64,000 nucleotides of DNA from an uncultured Spirochaetia bacterium (GTDB taxonomy: Bacteria; Spirochaetota; Spirochaetia; SZUA-6; Bin103), in NCBI GenBank assembly GCA_958296075.1, contig CATQHW010000005.1, forward strand, positions 73,270 through 137,269, in the 5' to 3' direction. The notes beneath the pieces are model-generated. The model was given only the letters and a program-made list of their open reading frames with translations. It was not told the DNA's origin and made no database searches. Position 1 is the first letter of the stretch, and every line of letters starts with the position of its first letter. Position numbers and translations under genes: made by a program. Below are positions 45,938-53,991 of the stretch, in pieces.

Positions 45938-46918
45938 CTACCACTTCAGCAGGTTGCCTCCGAACGTGAGGCCTGCGCCGAAGCCGACGGTGATCAGAAG
46001 ATCGCCGTCGGCGACCTTGTCGCGCTCGTACAGCTCGTTCAGGGCGATGGGGATGGTCGCCGCCGACGTGTTCGCGTACTCCTCGATGTTCAGGTAGAAC
46101 TTCTCGGTGGGGATGCGCGCCCGTTTGGCGGCCGCCTCGATGATCCGGCGGTTGGCCTGGTGCGGGACGATGTAGGCGATGTCGTCGATCGTCAGCCGGT
46201 TGCGGTCCAGTATCTGCTGGATCACCTCGATGATCGCCGGCACCGCGAAGTTGTAGACCGACTGCCCCTCCATCTTGATCAGCAGGTCGCGTTCGGCGCT
46301 GTGGCCCAGCTTGAACGGCGCGCGCGTACCGCCGACCTCCCGCGCCAGATACGAAGCGCCCGAGCCGTCGGCCTTGAGGACCGAGTCCAGGATGCCGCGG
46401 CCGTTGGACGAGGGGCTGATCACCGCGGCGCCGGCGCCGTCGCCGAACAGCACGCAGGTGCTGCGGTCGGTCCAATCGACGATGCGCGTCAGCACCTCGC
46501 TGCCGATCAGCAGCACGCGGTCGGCGGCCCCCGAGGCTATGAACCCCTTCGCGGTCTCCAGGCCGTAGACGAACCCCGTGCAGCCGACCCCGATGTCCAT
46601 CGCCGCGGCGTTCTTGGCGCCGATCATGTTCTGCACGATGCAGGCGGTCGACGGGAAGCCGACATAGTCGGAAGAGGCGGTGGCCACCAGCACCATGTCG
46701 ATCGACTCGGGATCGGTCCCGGAACGGTCCAGCGCTACCTTGGCGGCCTGCGCTCCCAGATCGGAGGCGGCTTCGTCGTCGCTGGCAACGTGGCGATAGC
46801 CGATGCCGGTATGCGATCGGATCCATTCGTCTGAGGTGTCCAGAAACTCGGCGAGTTCGTCGTTGGACATGCGTCGGGACGGCGTATAGGCGCCGATCCC
46901 CTCAATTCTTGCGCCCAT
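45938..46918 (-). CDS. fabH: 3-oxoacyl-ACP synthase III
   Basis: TSDEWIRSHTGI, DIGVGCTGFVYGL (active-site Cys), VPHQANRRI and GFGAGLTFGG. Confidence 0.95.
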   Translation of the reverse strand: MGARIEGIGAYTPSRRMSNDELAEFLDTSDEWIRSHTGIGYRHVASDDEAASDLGAQAAKVALDRSGTDPESIDMVLVATASSDYVGFPSTACIVQNMIGAKNAAAMDIGVGCTGFVYGLETAKGFIASGAADRVLLIGSEVLTRIVDWTDRSTCVLFGDGAGAAVISPSSNGRGILDSVLKADGSGASYLAREVGGTRAPFKLGHSAERDLLIKMEGQSVYNFAVPAIIEVIQQILDRNRLTIDDIAYIVPHQANRRIIEAAAKRARIPTEKFYLNIEEYANTSAATIPIALNELYERDKVADGDLLITVGFGAGLTFGGNLLKW

Positions 46919-47058
46919 CGGGTCTCCTTGGAGCGGTGTGGGAGTCTGATCCGCCTTCGAAGACGACTGTGGGTGCCGACTGTAGAGTCCGGGTCTTCAC
47001 GTGGTCAAGCGGGCTGCGTGGTGGTGGTCGGCCTGTCAGTGGTTGCGTGGTTGGAGCG

Positions 47059-47088
47059 TTGACGCGTCAGGGCGGGGGGAGCTATTGT
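47059..47088 (+). promoter_or_regulatory. candidate sigma70-type promoter for fabD-fabG-fabF, with an overlapping 10-bp palindrome
   Basis: TTGACG (47059-47064), an 18-nt spacer, then TATTGT (47083-47088), about 18 nt before ATG 47106. The -35 is embedded in the perfect palindrome TGACGCGTCA (47060-47069). Confidence 0.35.
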
Positions 47089-47105
47089 GCAATTTGTACC
47101 ATCCG

Positions 47106-48044
47106 ATGCGAACCTGTTTCCTGTTTCCGGCGCAGGGCGCCCAGTACCCGGGGATGGCCCGTGATCTCTGGGAGCGCAGCCAAGCGGTCAAGGACCTGTT
47201 CGGGATCGCCTCCGAAGCCACGGGCACCGATCTGCGGCGCCTGCTGTTCGACGGCACCGATACGGACTTGCGCGCCACCGATCGCACCCAGATCGCGGTC
47301 ACCCTTGCCAATCTGTCCGCGGCCACCGTGCTGGGCGAACATGGCGTGAGCGGCGACGGCTTCGCGGGGTTCAGCCTGGGAGAGTACTCGGCGCTGCACC
47401 TTGCCGGCGTGATCGGCGCGGCCGACATCTTCCCGATCGTCAAGGAGCGCGGCATTGCGATGGAAGCGGCCAGCCGCGCCTCCGATACCGCCGAAGGGCG
47501 TTCCGGGATGGCTGCGGTGATCGGCTTGGCTCCCGAGCGGGTGGAAGCGACGATCGCCGATCTGCCGGCCGGAAGCATCTTCATCGCCAACTACTCGGGC
47601 GCGCGGCAAGTGGTGCTGGCCGGCACCGCCGGCGGCCTGCGCAGCGCGGAAGCGGCCTGCAAGGAGGCGGGTGCCCGACGCTTCATCTCCCTCAAGGTGT
47701 CGGGGCCGTTTCATTCGCCGCTGATTCGCGATGCGGCCGAGCGGCTGGCGGAGGCGCTGGCCGGCGTGTCGTTCGCCGACCCGGTGCGGCCGGTCTACGC
47801 CAACGTCACCGGCGCGCGGGTCACCTCGGGAAGCGAAGCGCGCGATCTCTGCGTCCGGCAGGTGGTGTCGAGCGTGCGCTGGACCGACGAGGTGGCCGCC
47901 CTGCAGGCCGACCGATACGAGCGCTACCTCGAGGTCGGGCCGGGGCAGGTGCTCGCCGGCCTCTTGCGGGGCTTTCCCGGCCGGTTGCGGTGCGAGGCGG
48001 CCGGCACCCTGGAGGCGATCGAAGCGGTCGCGGCGGCGGCATGA
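47106..48044 (+). CDS. fabD: malonyl-CoA:ACP transacylase
   Basis: FLFPAQGAQYPGM, GFSLGEYSAL (active-site Ser) and SGPFHSPL. Confidence 0.95.
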   Translation: MRTCFLFPAQGAQYPGMARDLWERSQAVKDLFGIASEATGTDLRRLLFDGTDTDLRATDRTQIAVTLANLSAATVLGEHGVSGDGFAGFSLGEYSALHLAGVIGAADIFPIVKERGIAMEAASRASDTAEGRSGMAAVIGLAPERVEATIADLPAGSIFIANYSGARQVVLAGTAGGLRSAEAACKEAGARRFISLKVSGPFHSPLIRDAAERLAEALAGVSFADPVRPVYANVTGARVTSGSEARDLCVRQVVSSVRWTDEVAALQADRYERYLEVGPGQVLAGLLRGFPGRLRCEAAGTLEAIEAVAAAA

Positions 48045-48769
48045 GCCTGGACGGCGCGGTCGCGGTGGTGACCGGCGGCTCGCGCGGTATCGGAGCGGCG
48101 GTCGTCCGGTCCCTGCTGCGGGACGGCGCCAAGGTCTATTCGCTGTCGCGGACCGCTGATGACGGCGCGGCCGGGCTGCCGGATCGGGGCGATTATACGT
48201 GGCTGGCTACCGACTTGACCGACGAGGCTGCCGTCGACGCGCGCCTCGGCGAGGTCCTGGCGGAGAACCGGGGCGTGCAGGTGCTGGTGAACAACGCCGG
48301 CATCACCCGCGATGGACTGGTGTTCCGCATGTCGCGGCAGGACTGGGACGCGGTCCTGGCCCTCAACCTGACGGCGGCGTTCCTCACCTGCAAGGTCGTC
48401 GCCCGTGACATGGCCCGGCGGCGCGCCGGGTCGATCGTCAACATCTCGTCGGTGGTCGGCTTGACCGGCAACCCCGGCCAGACGAACTATTGCGCATCGA
48501 AGGCCGGGATCATCGGCTTCTCGAAGAGCTTGGCGCGTGAGGTGGCCGGCCGCGGCGTGCGGGTCAACGTGGTCGCGCCCGGCTATATTGAGACCGGCAT
48601 GACGGCGTCGCTCGGCGACCGGGTGCGCGAGACGATTACCGGCCTGATACCGCTCGGCCGCACCGGAACGCCCGAGGAGGTGGCCGAACTGGTCGCCTTC
48701 CTCGCTTCGGCCCGTTCCGCCTACGTCACCGGACAGGTGCTGCAGGTGGACGGCGGGCTGTCGATGTAA
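48041..48769 (+). CDS. fabG: 3-oxoacyl-ACP reductase
   Basis: AVVTGGSRGIG, NNAGITRDG, YCASKAG and GQVLQVDGGLSM. ATGA overlap with the fabD stop. Confidence 0.9.
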   Translation: MSLDGAVAVVTGGSRGIGAAVVRSLLRDGAKVYSLSRTADDGAAGLPDRGDYTWLATDLTDEAAVDARLGEVLAENRGVQVLVNNAGITRDGLVFRMSRQDWDAVLALNLTAAFLTCKVVARDMARRRAGSIVNISSVVGLTGNPGQTNYCASKAGIIGFSKSLAREVAGRGVRVNVVAPGYIETGMTASLGDRVRETITGLIPLGRTGTPEEVAELVAFLASARSAYVTGQVLQVDGGLSM

Positions 48770-48815
48770 CGTTCGACGGAGCGAAGGTGCGCGGAATCTG
48801 ACGGAGGAGATGGGA

Positions 48816-50060
48816 ATGGACAGACGCGTGGTGGTTACGGGGCTCGGCGCCGTCACTCCCCTTGGGAACGACGTCGACACGTTCTGGCGTGCGGTCAAGA
48901 ACGGCGAATGCGGGGTAGATCGCGTCCGCTCGTTCGACGTCTCGGACTACCCCTCGAAGGTGGCGGGTGAGGTCAGAGACCTGGATCCCTCGAAATACCT
49001 GGACCGGCGCGAGGTGCGCCGCCTTGACCGCTTCGCCATGTTCGCGATGGTGACCGCGCTGGAGGCGCTCGCCGACGCTCGCCTGTCGACCGATGACCTG
49101 GACCCGAACCGGACCGGCGTCATCATGGGAGTGGGGTTCGGCGGCATCCACACCCTGCACTCCGAGTTCAAGAATCTGTTCGACCGCGGCCCCAAGGCGG
49201 TGCATCCGCTGCTGGTGACGAAGATGATCAGCAACATCGCTGCCGGCCACGTCGCGATCAGGATCCACGCGCACGGCCCTTCGTATACCGTGGTGTCGGC
49301 ATGCGCCTCAGCCAACGACGCGATCGGCGAGTCGTATCGATGGGTCAAGGACGGCACGGTGGACGTCATGGTGACCGGTGGCGCCGAAGCTGCCGTCGCT
49401 CCGCTGGCGCTGTCCGGGTTCTCCGGCCTGCAGGCGGTCACATCGTCGTTCAACGACGATCCCAAGCGCGCCAGCCGACCATTCGACAAGGACCGCGACG
49501 GCTTCGTCCTAGGCGAAGGGGCAGGAACGCTCATCCTGGAAGAGCTCGAACGCGCCAAGGCGCGGTCCGCGCCGATCTACTGCGAGGTGGTCGGCTACGG
49601 CGTTACCTGTGACGCCAACCACTTGACCGCTCCCCATCCTCAGGGCAAGGGCGCCGAGAACGCGATGAAGATGGCGATCGCGGGGAGCGGCATGCCGCCC
49701 GAAGAATTCGATTACGTCAACGCGCACGGCACTTCGACCCAGCTCAACGACGCCACCGAGACCATGGCGATCAAGCGGGTGTTCGGCGATCACGCCGCCA
49801 AGCTCAAGGTATCGTCCACCAAGTCGATGGTCGGGCACCTGCTCGGCGCCGCCGCCGGCGTGGAGGCGATCGCCACGGCCAAGGGACTGCAAGAACAACA
49901 CTACCCGGCGACGATCAACTACGAGACGCCGGACCCCGAATGCGACCTGGACTACGTTCCCAACCGCGGTCAGAATGCTCCCATGCGCGCCGCGCTCAAC
50001 AACTCGTTCGGATTCGGCGGCCACAACGCGGTCGTCGCCCTGAAACGGTACGACGGCTGA
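48816..50060 (+). CDS. fabF: 3-oxoacyl-ACP synthase II
   Basis: RVVVTGLGAVTPLGN, VVSACASAN (active-site Cys), NAHGTSTQLND and SFGFGGHNA. I prefer ATG 48816 because GGAGGAG lies 6-7 nt upstream; 48810 is also possible. Confidence 0.95.
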   Translation: MDRRVVVTGLGAVTPLGNDVDTFWRAVKNGECGVDRVRSFDVSDYPSKVAGEVRDLDPSKYLDRREVRRLDRFAMFAMVTALEALADARLSTDDLDPNRTGVIMGVGFGGIHTLHSEFKNLFDRGPKAVHPLLVTKMISNIAAGHVAIRIHAHGPSYTVVSACASANDAIGESYRWVKDGTVDVMVTGGAEAAVAPLALSGFSGLQAVTSSFNDDPKRASRPFDKDRDGFVLGEGAGTLILEELERAKARSAPIYCEVVGYGVTCDANHLTAPHPQGKGAENAMKMAIAGSGMPPEEFDYVNAHGTSTQLNDATETMAIKRVFGDHAAKLKVSSTKSMVGHLLGAAAGVEAIATAKGLQEQHYPATINYETPDPECDLDYVPNRGQNAPMRAALNNSFGFGGHNAVVALKRYDG

Positions 50061-50077
50061 CGGCCGGAGCGTGCGCG

Positions 50078-50590
50078 GTGCGGGTCGCGGTCGTCGCCGA
50101 TACCCATGACAACTGGCCGGCGCTCGACGCCCTGTGCCGGCGCCTCGCCGCCGTCGGCTGCACGCATCTGCTCCACTGCGGTGATGTCTGCGCGCCGCTG
50201 ACCCTGCTGCGGTTGCTCGACCGGTTTACGGGCCGGGTCGACTTGGTGGCCGGCAACGTCGACGGCGACCACTTCCTGATGACCACCCGCACCGCCGATC
50301 GCATCGGCTTCCGGTTCCACGGCGCGGAGCTGGCCGAGCTCACCATCGGCGGGCGGCGCATCGCCATGCAGCACTACCCGCGCTTGGCGCGGGCGCTTGC
50401 GCGCGGCGGGGAGTACGACGCGGTCTTCTACGGCCACGACCACCGCGCCAACGTGGAGCGGCTCCCGGCGGGCGGCCGTACGGTGCTGCTGGCCAACCCC
50501 GGCACGCTGAGCGCCATGGGCGGCTCGCTCACCTACGGTCTGTACGACGCGGCGGCCAACGACCTGGAGCTGGTCGATCTGAGCGTGTGA
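50078..50590 (+). CDS. YfcE/MJ0936-type metallophosphoesterase
   Basis: GTG at 50078. Motifs VAVVADTHDN, HCGDV and FYGHDHR. Confidence 0.75.
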   Translation: MRVAVVADTHDNWPALDALCRRLAAVGCTHLLHCGDVCAPLTLLRLLDRFTGRVDLVAGNVDGDHFLMTTRTADRIGFRFHGAELAELTIGGRRIAMQHYPRLARALARGGEYDAVFYGHDHRANVERLPAGGRTVLLANPGTLSAMGGSLTYGLYDAAANDLELVDLSV

Positions 50591-50626
50591 GCGGCGGGCG
50601 GGGTGCGTCCGCGCCGCTCAACGGGA

Positions 50627-50710
50627 TGCCGGCGGTCGGACTCGAACCGACACGGGGTCGCCCCCACCAGATTTTGAGTCTGGCATGTCTACCGATTTCA
50701 TCACGCCGGC
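50627..50710 (-). tRNA. tRNA-Leu (anticodon CAA), type II with long variable arm; CCA not encoded
   Basis: Minus-strand read: GCCGGCG-TG-ATG-AAATCGGTAGA-CAT-G-CCAGA-CTCAAAA-TCTGG-T-GGGGGCGACCCCGT-GTCGG-TTCGAGT-CCGAC-CGCCGGC-A. All four stems pair, the T-loop is TTCGAGT, and the anticodon loop is CT-CAA-AA. Confidence 0.9.
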
Positions 50711-50795
50711 GTGACGTGAACGGCGGCGCGGCGGCGCGCGGGCCGTCCGCCATCCTAACGGCGCTCGGCCCGATGTCAAACCCGGCAGCGGACCG

Positions 50796-51485
50796 TCAGC
50801 CTCCCGTGATCGCGGTTCCGCGGTAGGGGCGCCCCTCCAGGATCGAACGCAGGTTGCCGGTGTCGCTGCCGGTGAAGACCACGGTCATACCGTGCCGGCA
50901 GGCGGCGCGGGCGGCTACCGGGTCGAACGGCAGCCGGCTGCCCGGCTGCCACTCCCCGTCGCTCATCCGCGCCAGCTCGCTCCAGGTGACGTGCGTGAGC
51001 GGGCGGGCGCCGGCGTCGAGCCTGGGATCGCTCGAATAGACCATGGCGACGTTGGACATCTTGATGACGGTGCCGGCGCCGAAGCGCTGTGCCAGCAACA
51101 CGGCGTCATAGTCGGTGGAGAAGCCCGGCTTCCAGCCGGCCGCGACCATCACGCGGCCGGGAAACGCGGGGACGGCGGTCGGGTCGGTGATCAGCGGCGC
51201 GCAGCAGTCCGGAGAGAACGCGTGGCGCAGCAGCTCGCCGTGCAGCCGCGTGGCGGCGATGCCTATCCAGTCCTGCGCTTCGTCGGACGGCGCCGCCGCG
51301 AGCCGGCGATAGGCGGCCTGGTAGTCTCGCGCCAGATCGCCGCCACCGGTGACGACGATCGCCTTGTCGCCAGCCGACGCGCGCAGGGCTTCCAGGACGG
51401 CGGAGCGAAACCGATCGAGGTACGCGGCGGCGGTCGACTCGCGCTCGATGAGCGACCCGGACAGGTCGATCACATGCACGGCCAT
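50796..51485 (-). CDS. amino-acid-kinase-fold protein, archaeal-type UMP kinase-like
   Basis: In-frame ATG at 51485. Motifs IVVTGGGDLARDY and MVAAGWKPGFSTDYDAVLLA fit the AAK fold. The specific substrate is uncertain. Confidence 0.6.
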   Translation of the reverse strand: MAVHVIDLSGSLIERESTAAAYLDRFRSAVLEALRASAGDKAIVVTGGGDLARDYQAAYRRLAAAPSDEAQDWIGIAATRLHGELLRHAFSPDCCAPLITDPTAVPAFPGRVMVAAGWKPGFSTDYDAVLLAQRFGAGTVIKMSNVAMVYSSDPRLDAGARPLTHVTWSELARMSDGEWQPGSRLPFDPVAARAACRHGMTVVFTGSDTGNLRSILEGRPYRGTAITGG

Positions 51486-51592
51486 CGACGCAGGATGATA
51501 GCACGGCCGCCGTCGGGCAGGATCGATCCGTTCGGGGTTGCCTTGCGGCCTTCGCATGTCGTTATCATTGACATGTCGAAAGCGATGAATCG

Positions 51593-52342
51593 ATGGACCG
51601 CGACCTGACGGAAATCCTCGAAGACTGGCGGTACGACTCGGACGATCAGTACCGCGTGATCAAGGCGCGCGACGGGCGCGCGGTGCTGCAGGTGCGCCAA
51701 CCGCTCGGCATCGAGCAGTACGAGCTCGATGGGCGGCCGGACGGTCTGCGCCCGTTCGGCAAGGAGTCGGTGCTGGTGGAGATGCTCGACCGCCTCGACT
51801 CCTGCGACGTCGCCGACGACGGGGGCTTCCTGATCGACCACAAAGACTTCCTGCGGCTGCAGAACGAGGGCATCCTCTACTACTATCGCTATCTGATCCT
51901 GTTTCAGATGGGAGATTTCGAACGCACCGTCAGCGACACCATGCACAACCTGCAGATCTGCGATCTGGTCGAGCGGTTCGTGCAGGAAGCCGACGATCAG
52001 AAGGAGATACTGCAGTACCGCCCCTACATCATCCGCATGAACGCCATGGCGGGCGCCATGCTGCAGCTCGGCGCCGAGGATTCGGACGGCGCGCGCGGTG
52101 CGCTGCAGGGCGCGATCGACGACATCGGCGCGCTCGACGAGGTCGACACCCCCACCTACCACTACGAACGGCTGCGGTCCCTCCAGTACCTGCGCACCGC
52201 GTTGCATCAGATCAAGGCGCGCAAGCCGACCGTGCTGGAGCGATTGAACGCCGCGCTGGATGAGGCGGTCGAGCAGGAAGCCTACGAACGGGCGGCGGAG
52301 CTGCGCGACAGAATCCACGCCTTGCAGCAGCGCCGGGCGTAG
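51593..52342 (+). CDS. UVR-motif (UvrB/UvrC-like) domain protein
   Basis: The C-terminal LNAALDEAVEQEAYERAAELRDRI is the UVR motif. The rest belongs to a conserved-looking globular protein of unknown function. Confidence 0.6.
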   Translation: MDRDLTEILEDWRYDSDDQYRVIKARDGRAVLQVRQPLGIEQYELDGRPDGLRPFGKESVLVEMLDRLDSCDVADDGGFLIDHKDFLRLQNEGILYYYRYLILFQMGDFERTVSDTMHNLQICDLVERFVQEADDQKEILQYRPYIIRMNAMAGAMLQLGAEDSDGARGALQGAIDDIGALDEVDTPTYHYERLRSLQYLRTALHQIKARKPTVLERLNAALDEAVEQEAYERAAELRDRIHALQQRRA

Positions 52343-52353
52343 TCCGCACCGGC

Positions 52354-53208
52354 ATGCGCAACGCGGTGCGGCGCAGGGCTGCACGGGCGGCGGTCCGGCG
52401 CCCGTTGCGGCGTGCGTGGTCGGGGTGTTGGCGGCGCGTTGCCGCTGCCGCGGCGGCGGCCGGGATGGTCGCGGCCGCCGATGGCGCGACCGCCCGCGAG
52501 TTGGTTACCGCGCAGGCGTTCTTCGACGAGGTCGCGGCAGCCTACGCCGACATCGAGGATTATCAGGCCGACGTCGTGATCGCCGCGCGCCGCTTCCAGC
52601 GGGTGGCCGACGCCAGCGGCGGAGCCGGCGCGCCGGACTCCGGCTCCGCGCTGCGGGAGGTCGAGCTGTCGCGGATGGAGGGGACGCTGTCGTTCAAGCG
52701 ACCCGATCTGCTGCGTATCGACTTCAGCGATCCTTCCGGTCAGGTTCTGGTGTCGGACGGGGAGCTGCTCACCATCTACGTGCCGGGATTGGACCTCATC
52801 ATCGAGCAGCGGCTCGGTGGCGCTGCGGCTCCCGCCGCGGCCTCCCTGGCATCCCGTCTGGCGCCGGCGCCGGGCTTGCGCTCCCTCCGTTCCAACTACG
52901 CGATCGCCTACCAGATCGGGCCCGAGCCGGTGCCGCTGAACGACGGCTCCGGACAGGAGGTGGTCCGGCTGCTGCTGGGACGGCAGGCCGCGGAGGAGGG
53001 ATTCGAGACGATCGAGGTCGCGGTCGGCGGCGACAAGCTGATTCGCAGCATAGTCGGCGAGGATCGTTCGGGGACCCGGCTCGCCATCGAGTTCCGCGCC
53101 GTGCGGATCAACCGATCGATACCGGACGCGCGGTTCCGGTACGAATCGCCGCCCGACGCGAACGTCTATCGGGATGTCCTGTTCGGCGACGTCCTCCTTG
53201 GCGGCTGA
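52354..53208 (+). CDS. LolA-like outer-membrane lipoprotein-sorting family protein
   Basis: N-terminal signal-like segment. MEGTLSFKRPDLLRIDFSDPSGQVLVSDGELLTIYVPG matches the LolA-fold pattern (G.l....P.k.R......g...v.dG..lw.Y.P). Confidence 0.6.
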   Translation: MRNAVRRRAARAAVRRPLRRAWSGCWRRVAAAAAAAGMVAAADGATARELVTAQAFFDEVAAAYADIEDYQADVVIAARRFQRVADASGGAGAPDSGSALREVELSRMEGTLSFKRPDLLRIDFSDPSGQVLVSDGELLTIYVPGLDLIIEQRLGGAAAPAAASLASRLAPAPGLRSLRSNYAIAYQIGPEPVPLNDGSGQEVVRLLLGRQAAEEGFETIEVAVGGDKLIRSIVGEDRSGTRLAIEFRAVRINRSIPDARFRYESPPDANVYRDVLFGDVLLGG

Positions 53209-53216
53209 GAGAGCCG

Positions 53217-53981
53217 ATGGCGGCTGACCCGATGACGGAGGACGGCCGCGAGTCGGCGGCGAGCGCCGCCCTCCGCGATTCCCGCACCTCGCGCGGCATC
53301 TCCCTGGAGCAGGTCACGCGCGACATTCACATCAGCAAGCGATTCCTGGCGGCTCTGGAAGCCGGCGACTACGCCGATCTGCCGGCAGATGCGTACGTCA
53401 CCGGGTTCATCCGCAGCTACGCCGACTACCTGGAGCTCGACCCCGAGCCGCTTATCGACCACTACCGTTCACAGCGGGCGACGAGCGCCGCCGCCGAGGA
53501 GCCGCCCGGGCGCAGCCGGTCACCGCTGGTGGCGGTGCTGGCGCTGGCGCTGCTGGTGTTCGCGGCCGGGATCGCCGCCCTGGTACGCTGGGTGATCCAA
53601 CCCGCCGCCGCCGAGCGCACGGTGGAGCGGCCGGCCGCTGCGCCACCGGCGCCGTTCGTGATGGCCGGGGAGACGGTGATCCGGGTGCTGGAGGTCGGCA
53701 CCGTGGTACAAGTGCCGATCGACGATCGACGCTATGACGTGCTGCTGGTTCGGTACGACGACGGTCTGGTCATCCGGTACGGCGATGACGAGGCGCCGCT
53801 CGCCGTCGGCGGCGAGCGGCTGCTCGATCTGGACGGCGACTCCCGGACCGACCTGCGCGTGTTGTTCAACAGCGTCGACCGAAGCGGCGATCCGATCCGC
53901 GTCAACCTGACGCTGCAGCGCGGCACGGCCGGCGAGCAGGCGCCGCCGGCGCCGGTCGGCTCCGGCCGCGCCAGCGGCTGA
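53217..53981 (+). CDS. RodZ-like HTH_25 domain membrane protein
   Basis: RGISLEQVTRDIHISKRFLAALEAGDYADLPADAYVTGFIRSYADYLELD is the RodZ N-terminal HTH. It is followed by one TM helix (PLVAVLALALLVFAAGIAALV) and a C-terminal beta-rich domain. Confidence 0.7.
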   Translation: MAADPMTEDGRESAASAALRDSRTSRGISLEQVTRDIHISKRFLAALEAGDYADLPADAYVTGFIRSYADYLELDPEPLIDHYRSQRATSAAAEEPPGRSRSPLVAVLALALLVFAAGIAALVRWVIQPAAAERTVERPAAAPPAPFVMAGETVIRVLEVGTVVQVPIDDRRYDVLLVRYDDGLVIRYGDDEAPLAVGGERLLDLDGDSRTDLRVLFNSVDRSGDPIRVNLTLQRGTAGEQAPPAPVGSGRASG

Positions 53982-53991
53982 CGGCCGCACG

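Noticed and set aside
48770-48815. A hidden acpP between fabG and fabF.
   Set aside because: The gap is only about 46 nt, and no ORF with an ACP-type DSL motif exists here or nearby.
50591-50795. The tRNA-Leu locus as an integration site for a genomic island.
   Set aside because: Both flanks carry ordinary-composition housekeeping-type genes. There is no integrase and no partial tRNA direct repeat within the window.
51568-51592. The perfect TTGACA at 51568-51573 as a promoter for the UVR-domain gene.
   Set aside because: No acceptable -10 hexamer lies at 16-19 nt spacing before the ATG at 51593, so I did not call a promoter.
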